DNA of 64,000 nt, from positions 17,205 through 81,204 of the forward strand of contig CP091726.1 in the NCBI GenBank assembly GCA_022009835.1, given 5' to 3'. The notes under the pieces were generated by a model. The model worked only from the letters and a program-made list of their open reading frames with translations. It was not told the origin of the DNA and ran no database searches. Source of the DNA: Bacilli bacterium. GTDB lineage: Bacteria > Bacillota_I > Bacilli_A > RF39 > UBA660. A program made the position numbers and the translations under genes. Below are positions 21,303-32,486 of this stretch, piece by piece (position 1 is the stretch's first letter; each line of letters opens with the position of its first letter).

Positions 21303-21845
21303 TTATTTATGTTTTCGTTTATATAAGTATACCCCTCCTGATATTACCCCTATACCTAAGATTGTGTTTATTAAACTATTATTATCCTTTTCATCTTCAC
21401 TATCATTATCTTCAATATTTTTACTAGTGGATATTATGCAACTTCCATCATCAATCTCTGCCTTTGGATCATAGTTGTCTGCTGATGGATTTTTACATCC
21501 TAGTACATAATATTCACAGGTTCCATCATCTTTATTTGCTGATGAATTATAGTTCTTTGCTGTTTCATCTGTGCATCCATATGTATAATAGATACAACTT
21601 CCATCATCTCTATTGGCACTAGAATTATAATTACTTGCATTTTTATCTGTGCACCCATAAGTATAAGTAACCGTTGGTGTACATGTACAACTGGGACTTA
21701 AAGTACCATCATTACAAACCAATCTTCCAGAACTACTGCAACCGCTAACACCACCATGATGAGAACAGCATCCCTTTGTTGCACTAACTTTCAATGGTGC
21801 TAATAATATTATACATACTAAAATCAATTTTGTTTTTTCCTTCAT
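21303..21845 (-). CDS. secreted, C-terminally anchored Cys-rich repeat protein (intact, 180 aa)
   Basis: Signal peptide MKEKTKLILVCIILLAPLKVSA. GCCSHHGGVSGC module. 3.5 repeats of YGCTD..A.NYNSSAN.DDG(S/T)C.Y. Acidic linker. TM plus KRKHK tail. Confidence 0.75.
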   Translation of the reverse strand: MKEKTKLILVCIILLAPLKVSATKGCCSHHGGVSGCSSSGRLVCNDGTLSPSCTCTPTVTYTYGCTDKNASNYNSSANRDDGSCIYYTYGCTDETAKNYNSSANKDDGTCEYYVLGCKNPSADNYDPKAEIDDGSCIISTSKNIEDNDSEDEKDNNSLINTILGIGVISGGVYLYKRKHK

Positions 21846-21874
21846 TAAATATCACCCTACCACAAAAAAAGACG

Positions 21875-21910
21875 CAGCACAAAAAATCTATTAAATAGAC
21901 CTGTACTAGC
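21875..21910. repeat. 36-nt perfect repeat X, copy 1, about 30 nt upstream of the Cys-rich protein start
   Basis: CAGCACAAAAAATCTATTAAATAGACCTGTACTAGC, identical to 26050-26085. Confidence 0.85.
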
Positions 21911-21972
21911 ATCCTTATTTAATTATTTTTTTAATTCTTTGAATATTTTACCATGTTTTCGTTTACATTATC

Positions 21973-22521
21973 TTAATCTTTCTTTATTAATTTAAAATCA
22001 CAATTATTGGAGTTATATAAATGGACATCATCTGTTATAGTTAATGTTTGTTTTTCTCCATTTTGATTAAATTGTAATTTTTGCTTATTGTTATAAGCTG
22101 TTCCGTTATCTGTCGCATATCCAGTATTATAATCTAACCATAAAAAAAGCATATCGCATCTGCTGTTCGAGTTGCTTCTACTTCATATGTTCCATTAGGA
22201 AAATAATAAAAATATTCTTCTTTTCCCTCATACTCCACTAATTTTTCCATAATCACCTGATGATTTATAAATTAGTTCGTATGAAACAATCGCATCAGTA
22301 TTCCTATTTTGATTTTCCTCGGTTTTCTTTACTTCATATTTTTTATTTTCTTCTTGCTTAATTATTTCGTTTTCTTTGGTTTTAGAATCATTATTTTCGT
22401 TATTTCTTTCTGGTTTTGCTGGAAAGCATATTATCCATGCAATAAGAATAATTATTGGAAGTGCTATTCTTGCAATTTTTTTAAATACTTTTTCATCTAT
22501 TGTATTAAATTTATTCCCCAA
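21973..22521 (-). CDS. hypothetical N-terminally anchored protein, frameshifted
   Basis: TM IARIALPIIILIAWIICF, then a K/E/N-rich linker, then a beta-rich end ...GYATDNGTAYNNKQKLQFNQNGEKQTLTITDDVHLYNSNNCDFKLIKKD. Confidence 0.4.
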
Positions 22522-22553
22522 TAAGTTTATAGAAAATTTGAAACAAACTTAAA

Positions 22554-22808
22554 CTAAATAAAATTGCAAAAAAATACTTTCTCCTGGATTTTTTTAGTTA
22601 TTGAAGTTAAGTAGGCTACTATTAATAGTCCACCAAATATATATAAAATTATATTCCATATTTTTTTTACAATACTCATTGTTCCTACATTCACTTCATC
22701 AGGAACTTTTGCTCTTTTTAATATTGATGTCGTACGGTGTTCCACATTTAGGACAATAAGAATAAACATCTTTATATTGGTTTTTTTACACTTTCTACAC
22801 TCTTTCAT
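22554..22808 (-). CDS. zinc-ribbon plus single-TM small protein, frameshifted
   Basis: MKECRKCKK...YSYCPKCGTPYD (CxxC...CxxC after repair), followed by TM IWNIILYIFGGLLIVAYLTSI. Confidence 0.45.
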   Translation of the reverse strand: MKECRKCKKTNIKMFILIVLNVEHRTTSILKRAKVPDEVNVGTMSIVKKIWNIILYIFGGLLIVAYLTSITKKIQEKVFFCNFI

Positions 22809-22819
22809 TTTTTTACCTC

Positions 22820-23652
22820 CTACTGATAATACCTTTCTGGAATATCATAATTTGGTTTATCTTCTATTGTTTCTTGTAGTTCTTTAGCAGCTTTTTCTAT
22901 TTGTGGATCATATTCTAATACAGACTGTTCCTCTTCGGGCTTTAACCATTTTTGTGGCACTGGGGTTGTAGATAATGTTCTTAATGTATCTACTATTCTC
23001 TGAGCATCATTTATTGTATTACTATATTTTGAACTGGATTGATCTATTGTATTTGATAATAATACAATCTCTGTATTAAATCCTTTTATATTAACGTCAA
23101 TTCCTATATGATGACATACTGGTATTTCGTTTGAAGTCGTCACTTGATTATTTTTTCCTTTAGTTGTGGTTTTACCTAAAGTAGAGCCACCAACAACTGC
23201 TCCAACCGGCCCTAAAATTAATCCACCTGCTACTGCACCACCCAGTGAAGCATTCTTCCTAGCTTTTTGATTATATGTTCCTGTAGTATTTGTAATGGTT
23301 CTAAATCCATCATTAGTTTTAATCTCTGCACCTTTTATGTCAGAAAAAATATATAGTTGACCATTTATATTTATTTTCCCTTCTGTCATATTATAAGAAA
23401 AGTTATCTCCTATTAATTTCCATCTGCTTCTTGCTATTCTATTTATTTCATTTTTCTTTCCATCTTGGAGATTCTTTAATTTGTTTTGAGCATTTTTAAC
23501 ATTATTATCATATTGTTTATCTCTATCCTTATGAATTTTTAGTTTCAACTTTATTTATGTATTTTTCTAAATTTTTTTCTTGGTTTTATACCACAATATC
23601 CGCAAAAAATGTCACCATCATCAATAATTTTTTTACATTTAACACACTTCAT
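22820..23652 (-). CDS. zinc-ribbon / glycine-zipper protein (about 275 aa if the N-terminal 33-aa piece is joined)
   Basis: MKCVKCKKIIDDGDIFCGYCG at 23652. Main ORF has GGAVAGGLILGPVGAVVGGSTLG (glycine zipper) and an acidic C-terminus. Own promoter-like region at 23660-23830. Confidence 0.5.
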
Positions 23653-23830
23653 TCCATTCACTCCTTACTACTTTTTATTTCATTTTAATTATAACATACT
23701 TTTTTTGATTATAATATCTTTTTTTGTTGTTTATCATTCTATTTTTCTTATAATATCACACTAATATTAATTTGCTTATAATGTCCAATACTTTTTTTGT
23801 TTCCTACCAACCTTAAAATATTTTTCTTAT

Positions 23831-24172
23831 TTAGTATACTTGCTGAATTGTTTTTTTGAATATTTTTTTAAAACATATATCAAAAAGTAGTAGCAAACAG
23901 CTTATTATAACCACAAGCCAATTATTCATAATAAATGTAATTAATTTAATCAATATAGAACATGCAAACCATATAAATACAAATGCTAAAAATCTTATCG
24001 TCCAGTGAGCAATAGAGCCTGCTTCTCCTCTTAATTCTGATTTACCTACAATGCCAAATGCAAGTTTAAACGCTATGAGCCCTATGATTGTCATTGCAAT
24101 ATAATTATAAATTGGATTCTTCAAATAAAAGAAAATGACGCTGTTCTTAAATCAAATATAAATTTTTTTCAT
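23831..24172 (-). CDS. small multi-pass membrane protein
   Basis: About 3 hydrophobic helices (YIAMTIIGLIAFKLAFGIV, RFLAFVFIWFACSILIKLITFI, LVVIISCLLLLFDI). Lies immediately downstream of RT2. Confidence 0.5.
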
Positions 24173-24244
24173 ATTTCACCCCTACTTCTTCTAGTCAGTA
24201 CTAAATAAAAAAATTAATATTAAATTTCTTAACCATTTAATTAT

Positions 24245-26013
24245 TCAAAAATGTATAAATTTAACATCATTATCTAACATTATTTTTGAATAAATTTAAT
24301 TTCTTTTTTTAATATCACATCTTGCATTATATTATTTAGGTCAGTTTCAAATAAAATAGTATTTTTTTAAATCCTTGTTTAGTGTGTATTTTTCCAACTA
24401 ATGCAGTTTGTATAAAATAATAACCAATATTTGCTATAATAACTAGCTTTTTTTCCAATCGTTGCTGTATCTTTTTAATTAATTCCTTTTTTTATATTTG
24501 TTAAATATTCCTTTATTTGCCTCTTATAAACACCTAACAAATTATTTTTATTAAAATATTCAAAACTTAAAATAGCTCCTAAATCACTTTTGCTCATGAT
24601 AACAAGCATATATTTTGTACTTTCATCATTACATATGTTTAATTTAATTATTAAATACGCTAACCATATATCAGTTATTTCTTTTTATATGAGAAATTCT
24701 ACTATTTCTCTTTTTTTAATCCATTTTATAATAATTCTATCTTTATCAAGTTCCGTTAAATTAAATATTTCTACAATCAAATTAAACGCATCGGGGGATA
24801 TCATATTTTGTTTAAACATCATATTAATTAAAAAAATCTAATAATATTTCTGCAGTATCGTTATCGAAATAATCTTTTGTAATAACATTCTTTTTTTATA
24901 TTTTTGTAGTAAGAATTTTTTTAACAAGTATTTACAATTACTATATTTTTATATTTTTACAGAATTATTTATTTCGTTCATTACATCCTCAATAAATTCA
25001 AGTTTATCTTCGTATGCATTTTCTTCAATTCTTTTCATCAATAAGAAAACATTCTTATTTTTGTATAGTATTTAATGATATAAAAAGGAAATTCTTCTAA
25101 TTTCATTTTTATTCATATTTAAATCCAACTTATAATTTGACAAACTTTCACTTATTAATAATCTTGTATCATTTTTCTAAACTTTCTTTTTGAATCTGAA
25201 TAAAAAAATCATAATCATCACAAAATCGTACAAAGCTTATATCTTTTTCCTTGCATTTCTGAATTATATTTCTATCAACTTTAGATATAATTATTTCTGA
25301 CAACAGACTAGAAGTATATGGTCCAATTACTATTCCTTTAGTTTCGTTTCTATTTAATGTTCTATTCAAAACATCCAAATTATCAAAAAAATTATCTTGT
25401 TAGCATCATTTTTTTAAATTCCAAGAAATTGTATGAGTATATATACTATTAAAAAAATTATTTATATCCACTCCTAAATGATAGTATTTTCCATCACATA
25501 TTTTTTGTTTATTTAGTAAATTATACTGATAATTAGGTTGTACTACGTTAGCATAGTCAAGCATTGTTGGTACCTCATCATAATCGTATAATCTTATAAA
25601 CTGACCTTCTTCAAAAGAGAATCTTGATGATGAGTCATAATTATCTGTAGCATTAACTTGCTCCTCTAATATTTCTTCATGATATTTATTTATATAATAA
25701 TGTAAGGGAATTAAAACCAAAGGATTAACTACAGAAATAATTCTATTAGCACCATTCGGTTTAGATATATATATATATCGATTGGCTCAGTTCCCTTTTT
25801 TAAACCAAATATATTGTCATTATATCCTTCAAATTCTTTAATTTTTTTCCTGCTTCAAGTATAAAATTATCATTTAATATTTCTTCTATATTATCATATG
25901 AATTATATATATCATCTAGCTTATCATACAAGTTCAAATTAGTAAAAACAATTTGGTAAATGTTTTTGTTGGAAAAAAACAAATGATTCTTTTACAACAT
26001 TAATTTCACTCAT
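24245..26013 (-). CDS. Abi/UG-class reverse transcriptase (AbiA/AbiK/DRT-like, about 590 aa), heavily frameshifted
   Basis: ISKPNGANRIISVVNPL; VDINNFFNSIYTHTISW (Abi-type motif 1/2); ETKGIVIGPYTSSLLSEIII (motif 3/4); SFVRFCDDYDFF (motif 5). The about 300-aa C-terminal part is unreadable without repair. Confidence 0.7.
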
Positions 26014-26049
26014 CTTATCACACCTACTTCTAGTTAATACAAAAAACAC

Positions 26050-26085
26050 CAGCACAAAAAATCTATTAAATAGACCTGTACTAGC
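26050..26085. repeat. 36-nt perfect repeat X, copy 2, about 35 nt upstream of the RT2 start
   Basis: Identical to 21875-21910. Confidence 0.85.
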
Positions 26086-26229
26086 GTCTTTCTTTAACTA
26101 AGTTAAGTATATCAAATTATTTTTATTTAATCAATAAATTTAGACAAATTTCTCTATACTAAAATAATATTAGTATATATCTATAGCTTATATATAATAG
26201 ATGCAATAGGCATAATAAAATATATATAA

Positions 26230-26525
26230 TTATTTATTACTAACTATCTCATCCAATTTACTTCTTATAATACTTTCTTCTCTACTGCCATTAGTAGTTA
26301 ATCTTATTAATGGTATATTATATTTAGATAGTATATTATTCTTTAATATATCTCTTTCTTTTTTTGTTTATTATCTTCTTTATGATATTTATATCCATCT
26401 ACTTCTATCACTAATAATGGTACTTTACTTATCTTATTATATATTAAGAAATCTATATGAGTATTATGGTGAGAAGCATATTTTCTTTCTTCTTCTGTTA
26501 ATAATGTTTTATCTTTTATTAATAT
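26230..26525 (-). pseudogene. second DUF2726-like fragment
   Basis: Near-identical nucleotide sequence to 20999-21290. Confidence 0.4.
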
Positions 26526-26535
26526 ATCTGAAGTC

Positions 26536-26970
26536 TTATTTATGCTTTCTTTTATACAAGTATACTCCTCCTGATATTACTCCTATACCTAAGATTGTGT
26601 TTAATAAACTATTGTTGTCTGTTTTGTCTTCATTATCATTATCATCAATATTTTTACCAATTGATATTATACAACTTCCATCATCCATCTCTGCCTTCGG
26701 ATCATAGTTGTCTGCTGATGTTTTTTTACATCCTAGCACAAAATTAGTTCTCAAATTTAATTACTTGCATTTTTATTTGTACTTCCATATGTATAAATTA
26801 CTATTGGAGTACATATGCAACTAAGGCTTAAAATACTATCGTTACAACTCAACTTTCTAGAACTACTACCGCCACTAATACCACCATGATGAGAGTGCCA
26901 TTTCTTTGTTAAACTAACCTTTAATGTTACTAATAATATAACGCATACTAAAAATTCATTTTTTTCTCCA
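26536..26970 (-). pseudogene. decayed paralogue of the Cys-rich repeat protein
   Basis: Only the last repeat plus anchor remains open (GCKKTSADNYDPKAEMDDGSCIIS...GVISGGVYLYKRKHK). Upstream part has stops and an internal deletion relative to 21303-21845. Confidence 0.7.
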
Positions 26971-27219
26971 TATCATGCAATCCATAAAATCCTCTATGTA
27001 TATCTCTTGTTATGCAAAGCATACTATTGCCTCTTCTTTAATAAACATGTAACTAATATTTAATTTCCCAACTATCTTCATGATATTTTTTTATATTCAA
27101 ATTCATTATTACTGTTCATAGTTAACATGTATTTATATTCACGAATTTTTTATTATATTTTTTTCAACAAATCCCATCCAAACTATGTTTAAATTATTTT
27201 TCTTTTTAAAAAAATTCTA

Positions 27220-30200
27220 TTAAAAACATCTTTTTTTATTACAAATTTTTGTTTGACCTGTCTCTATTTTTTTGTCATAACAAACAATTCTACCTTTGCT
27301 ATTATACCAATACCCATCTTTAGATTGTGTTAAACCTAATTTTTCTATTAAAAATAATGACGGCTGTTCTATACTATAGTTTTTCAGGTTTAACAACCGA
27401 ATGATCATATTCACTTGAAAAAAATCATATGTATTGTTTGTTATAAAGCAATTTTGACGTTCATTGTTAAACTCAATTTTTTTATTACTCTTCCAAGGAT
27501 ATTCCATTAATAGCATTTCATAATTAGAATTAGTGCCAGCAAACATTGTCTGTAATTCATTATCATTTAAAACCAATTCTCCTTCATATATATATGCTTG
27601 AAATATAATATCTTTTGAAGCATGATAACTATATTCATTATATAATCCAGTTTCTAATGTTAATAAATCAAGTTTTTCCTTTTCGTATTTAACTGAATTA
27701 TTTAACACTATTTCATCATCAAAAAATATGAATTCTTTTGCATCCACATCCTCATTTATCCATTTTTTTCATTTAATTCATCTATTAAATATTGTTTTTT
27801 TTGTTTTGGCATTTTTAATTAAATTGGATACATCAATATTCAATTTTTTTCACATTCATCATAATATTGCTTTTTATAATGAGCTTTTTCTATATTTATT
27901 GTTTTTTTCATATCATATGTATAGTATTCAGTTGAAGAATCAAAGAGTTCATCATCATATATTCTAATATAACAATAATAATTATCTTGTAATCTTGCCA
28001 TTAACTCATGCATGGCAATCCATTGATATTTTTTTCCAATTCTCTCTGTAGCATGCTCGTGTCGATATTTACTATAATTTTGATTATAATCAAAATAACC
28101 AAATTTTTCAACATCATAACCCATATCAAATACCCTTTTTATAACAATATTGCTTAAGTCTTGTTCAGAAGAAAAGTTTTTAACCCAAGGTGATATTCTA
28201 TATCCAAAATAATATCGTCCAAAATCACCATACATTCCCAAATCACCTGCAGACTCAGTCAACATTGAATGTATGATAGTATTTTGTGAGTATAAATATA
28301 ATTTTTCTTTTGATATAGTTTCATAATCTATCACATATTTTTTTATATCATCATTAGTAGGAATATTTTTTTATACCATTTTTGAATTATATGGCGCATT
28401 TATTTTTCTCTTCGTCAAATTCAAGAGAGTTATTATTTTTCTTTAATATAAATTAATATATTTTTTTAGCATAATATCTTACTACAATATTTGAAATTAC
28501 TTCTTCTGATAAAAAAACACTTCTGAATATATATATTCAGATAATTTTTCAAAACTATCTTTATTATTACTTCTTAATATTGCACCATAGCAAGATGCAT
28601 ATATTCTTTCCATTATATACATATCATTCACAGTTTTAAAATTTTTCAAAACATCTAACATCGTGTTAATATTATTTGTCATAATATTTACTAAAGCTTT
28701 TGTTGCTAAATCTCTTATTTCTCTATTTGGGCTGACTAAAAACCATGAAAGTATAATGCCTAACATTAATCTATTAATACTATTCAAATTGTCCATATTC
28801 GAATACAAACAGTATTTTTATTATATTTATTGACTTTTTCATAATCAATATATATTGTAAATCTATAATCACGTTCTTGCAAACTCATTTTCAATAATTT
28901 TTCATTATATCTTTTTATATTAAACGGACTAGATTCTATCGCTGCACAGTAATAAAATAATTCTTCATATGCTCTCATAGAATATGGAGACGTCGATGCA
29001 ACTTGGTTAATAAATTTTTGTAAATTTGTCTTTTTGCATCAAAGTTTATTTTTTTCTCCATACTAAACTTTTTATATATGAGTACAGTATATTATCATCA
29101 TTTACAACATCATATATATCAAAAATATTCTATGCCATAATTGTTACCTATCTTTATAAAAAAATATTTTTTTCAATAATTCAATATCATAGCTATATTT
29201 ATTTAGTATTTTTAGTTTTTGTCTTATTAATTTTTTTCCATTATTTATTATTTTTTTAATCAACGTTTTTTTGCATTTAAAATACATGTATATTTTTTTC
29301 AAATGCAAAATAATAATTTGCTTCTTTTTGTATAACAACTTTCAAATAATAATCCTTCTGATTTTTAAATCATCCAATAAATTTATTGGAGAAATATGAT
29401 AATTCTGTAAAAATAATTCTAGTAACATCACAAAAATTCATTTTTTTATAAATGACAATTTAGAATTATCTATAAGAATAATACTAATAACATCAAATAT
29501 TTCATCCAATAAATTATTGGATGGATCAAATTTATACTTTGATGCTATTTTTGTCATTAATTTTTTTTATAAATTTCTCGAATATCCTCTCAAATGATTG
29601 ATAGTCTTGAAGTAAAATGTCAATGTTGTAATCTTGGATCCACTTACATGTAGATATTAAAAATAATGGATTAGAATACTCATCATTTATTATAGGAAAT
29701 AATGGTATCGGTACATTATAATAATTAAATATTTCATTCATCGCATCATATACATTTTCTTCAAAGCCACGATGACATGCTATTTTTACAATGCTTTTAT
29801 CAATATCGTCTGGTATACAAATATCATAATAATCATCTCTAATTGATAATATCAATTTAACATAATCATATTTTTTTAAATAAACCTATTATGCTGTTTT
29901 AATTGATTTTTTTCCAATTTTCTTTTAGTTTTTTTCCCTCATTTATTGCATCAATGATAAATGGAATAAATATGTTTTTTTCTTTCCCGACTGCATTTAA
30001 ATCTCTAATAAAATTTTTCAAAAAGTCTCATTTAATTCTAAAAATATCTTTAATTTGAAGCTTGTAGTTTTTTTCTTCGTTAAGATGTTGTCCAAGAATA
30101 AAAAAATTGCTTCATGCTCATTGTTTATGCAATTATTTTTCTATAAAATATGCTAACACATGTGATTTACCAGTTCCCATTTTACCAGTTATTATCATAA

Positions 30201-31167
30201 CTTTTTTCGACAATAAATCGAGAACTTCAATACATTCTTCATAATTACTAAAAAGTTCGTCTATCTTTTTGACTTTCATTATAGTTTTTCTCTTTTTCAT
30301 CTACCGTCAAAAGATATTCTTCTTTTTCTTTCATAAATACCCTTACCAATTATTTTTAGTGATTCTTTCAAACAACCAACATTAATTATTTTTATAATTA
30401 TTAATTAATTTCAAATAATTTTCTTTTTAATCTATCTAAATCTTCTTTTTTTCTATTATTTTTTTCCATTCCATCCGTTTGATTCTACTATAACTTTTCT
30501 AATTTCATTTAAAATATAATTAACATCAGTATGACAAGGTAAATAGTTGATTAAATCCTTATAAATTGGAACATCCACATTTAACTCTTTATTATATCTA
30601 AATCCCAAATCTAATATATTATTTTTCATTATTTGTTTTTAAACCATTCATAATCTCTATTATAATTTTTCAATATAAAATGCTTCTTTAATAAAATCGG
30701 AGACTTCTGATACTTTATTATTTACTTTTTATAATATCAACAAAATCTTCTATAAAATATCTGTCTTTAGTTTTTTTCAAAAAGCATAGTCATTTGGAAT
30801 TTCAAAAGATTGCTCTATATTCTTTTTTTATCAGCTAAAATAATAAATCTTAATTTATAACTGGAATCAAATTTAGATATAAATTTAGTTATTGTATTTC
30901 TTATTTTATTTGAACTATTGTCAGTTGTAACTTGGTATACTAATTTATTATCTTCATCTAGAAGATCTATTGATTCAAAAATTTTTTTCTAAAAACATTA
31001 GCATTTATTAATTTATAACCGTATATTGTATTTAATAAACCGCAAAAAAATCTTCACTTATTATACAAATATCATTTTAAATTTAATTTTGTGTTCATTT
31101 TTGTATATGTTTTTAAAATTGATAAACTTTTTGCTATAGTTTTTATATTCATTTCTTCTTTCAACAT
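27220..31167 (-). CDS. giant (about 1300 aa) SMEK-like N-terminal domain / P-loop NTPase (STAND-like) protein, heavily frameshifted
   Basis: N-terminus ...KLNLKDICIISEDFFAGLLNTIYGYKLINAN...LVYQVTTDNSSNKIRNTITKF...YKLRFIILADKK. Walker A ITGKMGTGKSHV (about 30163-30195). Walker B-like FIIDAINEG. Long helical C-terminus through ORFs 29532, 28497, 27840, 27220. Confidence 0.65.
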
Positions 31168-31316
31168 AAGCTTACTGCGCCTCCACTTTTAAAAAAAGCA
31201 ATATTAACCCTAATAACAAGATTAAATACTGCTCATCTTTTTATATGATTATATCATATATTTCTATCATTTTTTTAAATTTTTTTATCTATATTTTATA
31301 AATAAATTTTAAACTA

Positions 31317-31367
31317 ATATCTTAATACCTAATCATTTCTTTGTAATGGTATCTGAACTCTCCACCT
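31317..31367. repeat. 51-nt conserved intergenic element, copy 2
   Basis: ATATCTTAATACCTAATCATTTCTTTGTAATGGTATCTGAACTCTCCACCT; see 6407-6457. Confidence 0.7.
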
Positions 31368-31401
31368 TTAGAATTTTTAATATCGCAGTTAAATAATTTA
31401 T

Positions 31402-32195
31402 TTAATCCTTATTATCACTGTTCTTTTTTTCTTGTCTTTTTTTTGAAGCTTTATCTAGCATTAATTTATAAATGATTTTCTCGTAATTTGAATATACTTT
31501 TTTGCTTTCATAAATATCACTTCTTAACATTTTTAAAAAAATATAATCTAATAAAAAAAGCTAAATAAAGAAAATATTCCCAAAATTAATGGTAATAATA
31601 CAGCATAATTATCTTCTGGTTTTTACTCCACTTTTTATCAAAAAAATGATGTTAAAACAATCATTATTTGTGAAACAAAAAAAATAAAATAATTGGATTT
31701 TTAACAAAATTATTTAATATATTTACTTTTTCTTTCTCTTACGCTAATTTCTTTATTATCAATTAACTCATTTTTCCTTTTTCCAAAATCTTTTAAATAT
31801 TTCATATGTAAAATCTATTAATTCTTTTTTTATTAACTTCATCAATATATTTACTTTCATTTATATCCATTATTAATTTATTTCTTAAATCTATTTCGGA
31901 GAGAACAAATCTTTCCTTAATATTAGAATCCATTATTATTGCTCTTCTTATGTCAATAATAAGATTAGAAGATATCTTGATTTTTTTCTATTATGTAAGG
32001 TCTAACTGAATTGATAAATCTATCATTTACATTATTAATCTTTTTTTAGTATCTTTTTCTTAAACGAAAAAAATTTCAGAACTATTGCGGGTATTGCTAT
32101 AACTAATATTCCTGTAATAATTGGAGCAATCCAATTTACTACAATTTCGTTGATTAAAAATTGGTTTTTATCACATTTTCATAAATTTCTTTCAT
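31402..32195 (-). CDS. hypothetical membrane protein, frameshifted
   Basis: AAAGGAG RBS. MKEIYENVIKTNF.INEIVVNWIAPIITGILVIAIPAIVLKFF... Further hydrophobic stretch near the C-terminus. No domain recognised. Confidence 0.4.
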
Positions 32196-32401
32196 AATAT
32201 TTCTCCTTTGATGAGATATTATATCACTAAAAAAACTATTTTTTTCCATTTTTTTATCATAAAATTTTTCTAATTAAATTCCTATTTTTCACATAAAAAA
32301 AGTAATTTACGATATTACATTACACTTAAATATAATAATTATATTTTTTTATTTAATGTTCTTTTTGATGATAACACTGATATTTTTGGTATTTTTTTCA
32401 G

Positions 32402-32486
32402 TTTAATTGTTAATACCATTTAATTAATAATTACTTCTTTATACTAAAAATAATATTAGTATATATCTACTGCTTATATATAATAG
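32402..32486. repeat. about 85-nt boundary repeat E1, copy 3 (copies 1 and 2 are the left ends of R1 and R2)
   Basis: TTTAATTGTTAATACCATTTAATTAATAATTACTTCTTTATACTAAAAATAATATTAGTATATATCTACTGCTTATATATAATAG aligns with 20888-20975 and 26150-26212. Confidence 0.7.

Larger units (their letters stand above)
20888..21845. repeat. about 0.95-kb direct repeat, copy R1 (copy R2 at 26145-26970)
   Basis: Long stretches align base-for-base with 26145-26970, e.g. TTACTTCTTATAATACTTTCTTCTCTACT.CCATTAGTAGTTAATCT. R2 has an internal deletion and more substitutions. Confidence 0.85.
26145..26970. repeat. direct repeat copy R2 (degenerate)
   Basis: See R1. Carries decayed copies of the DUF2726-like and Cys-rich protein genes. 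Confidence 0.85.
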
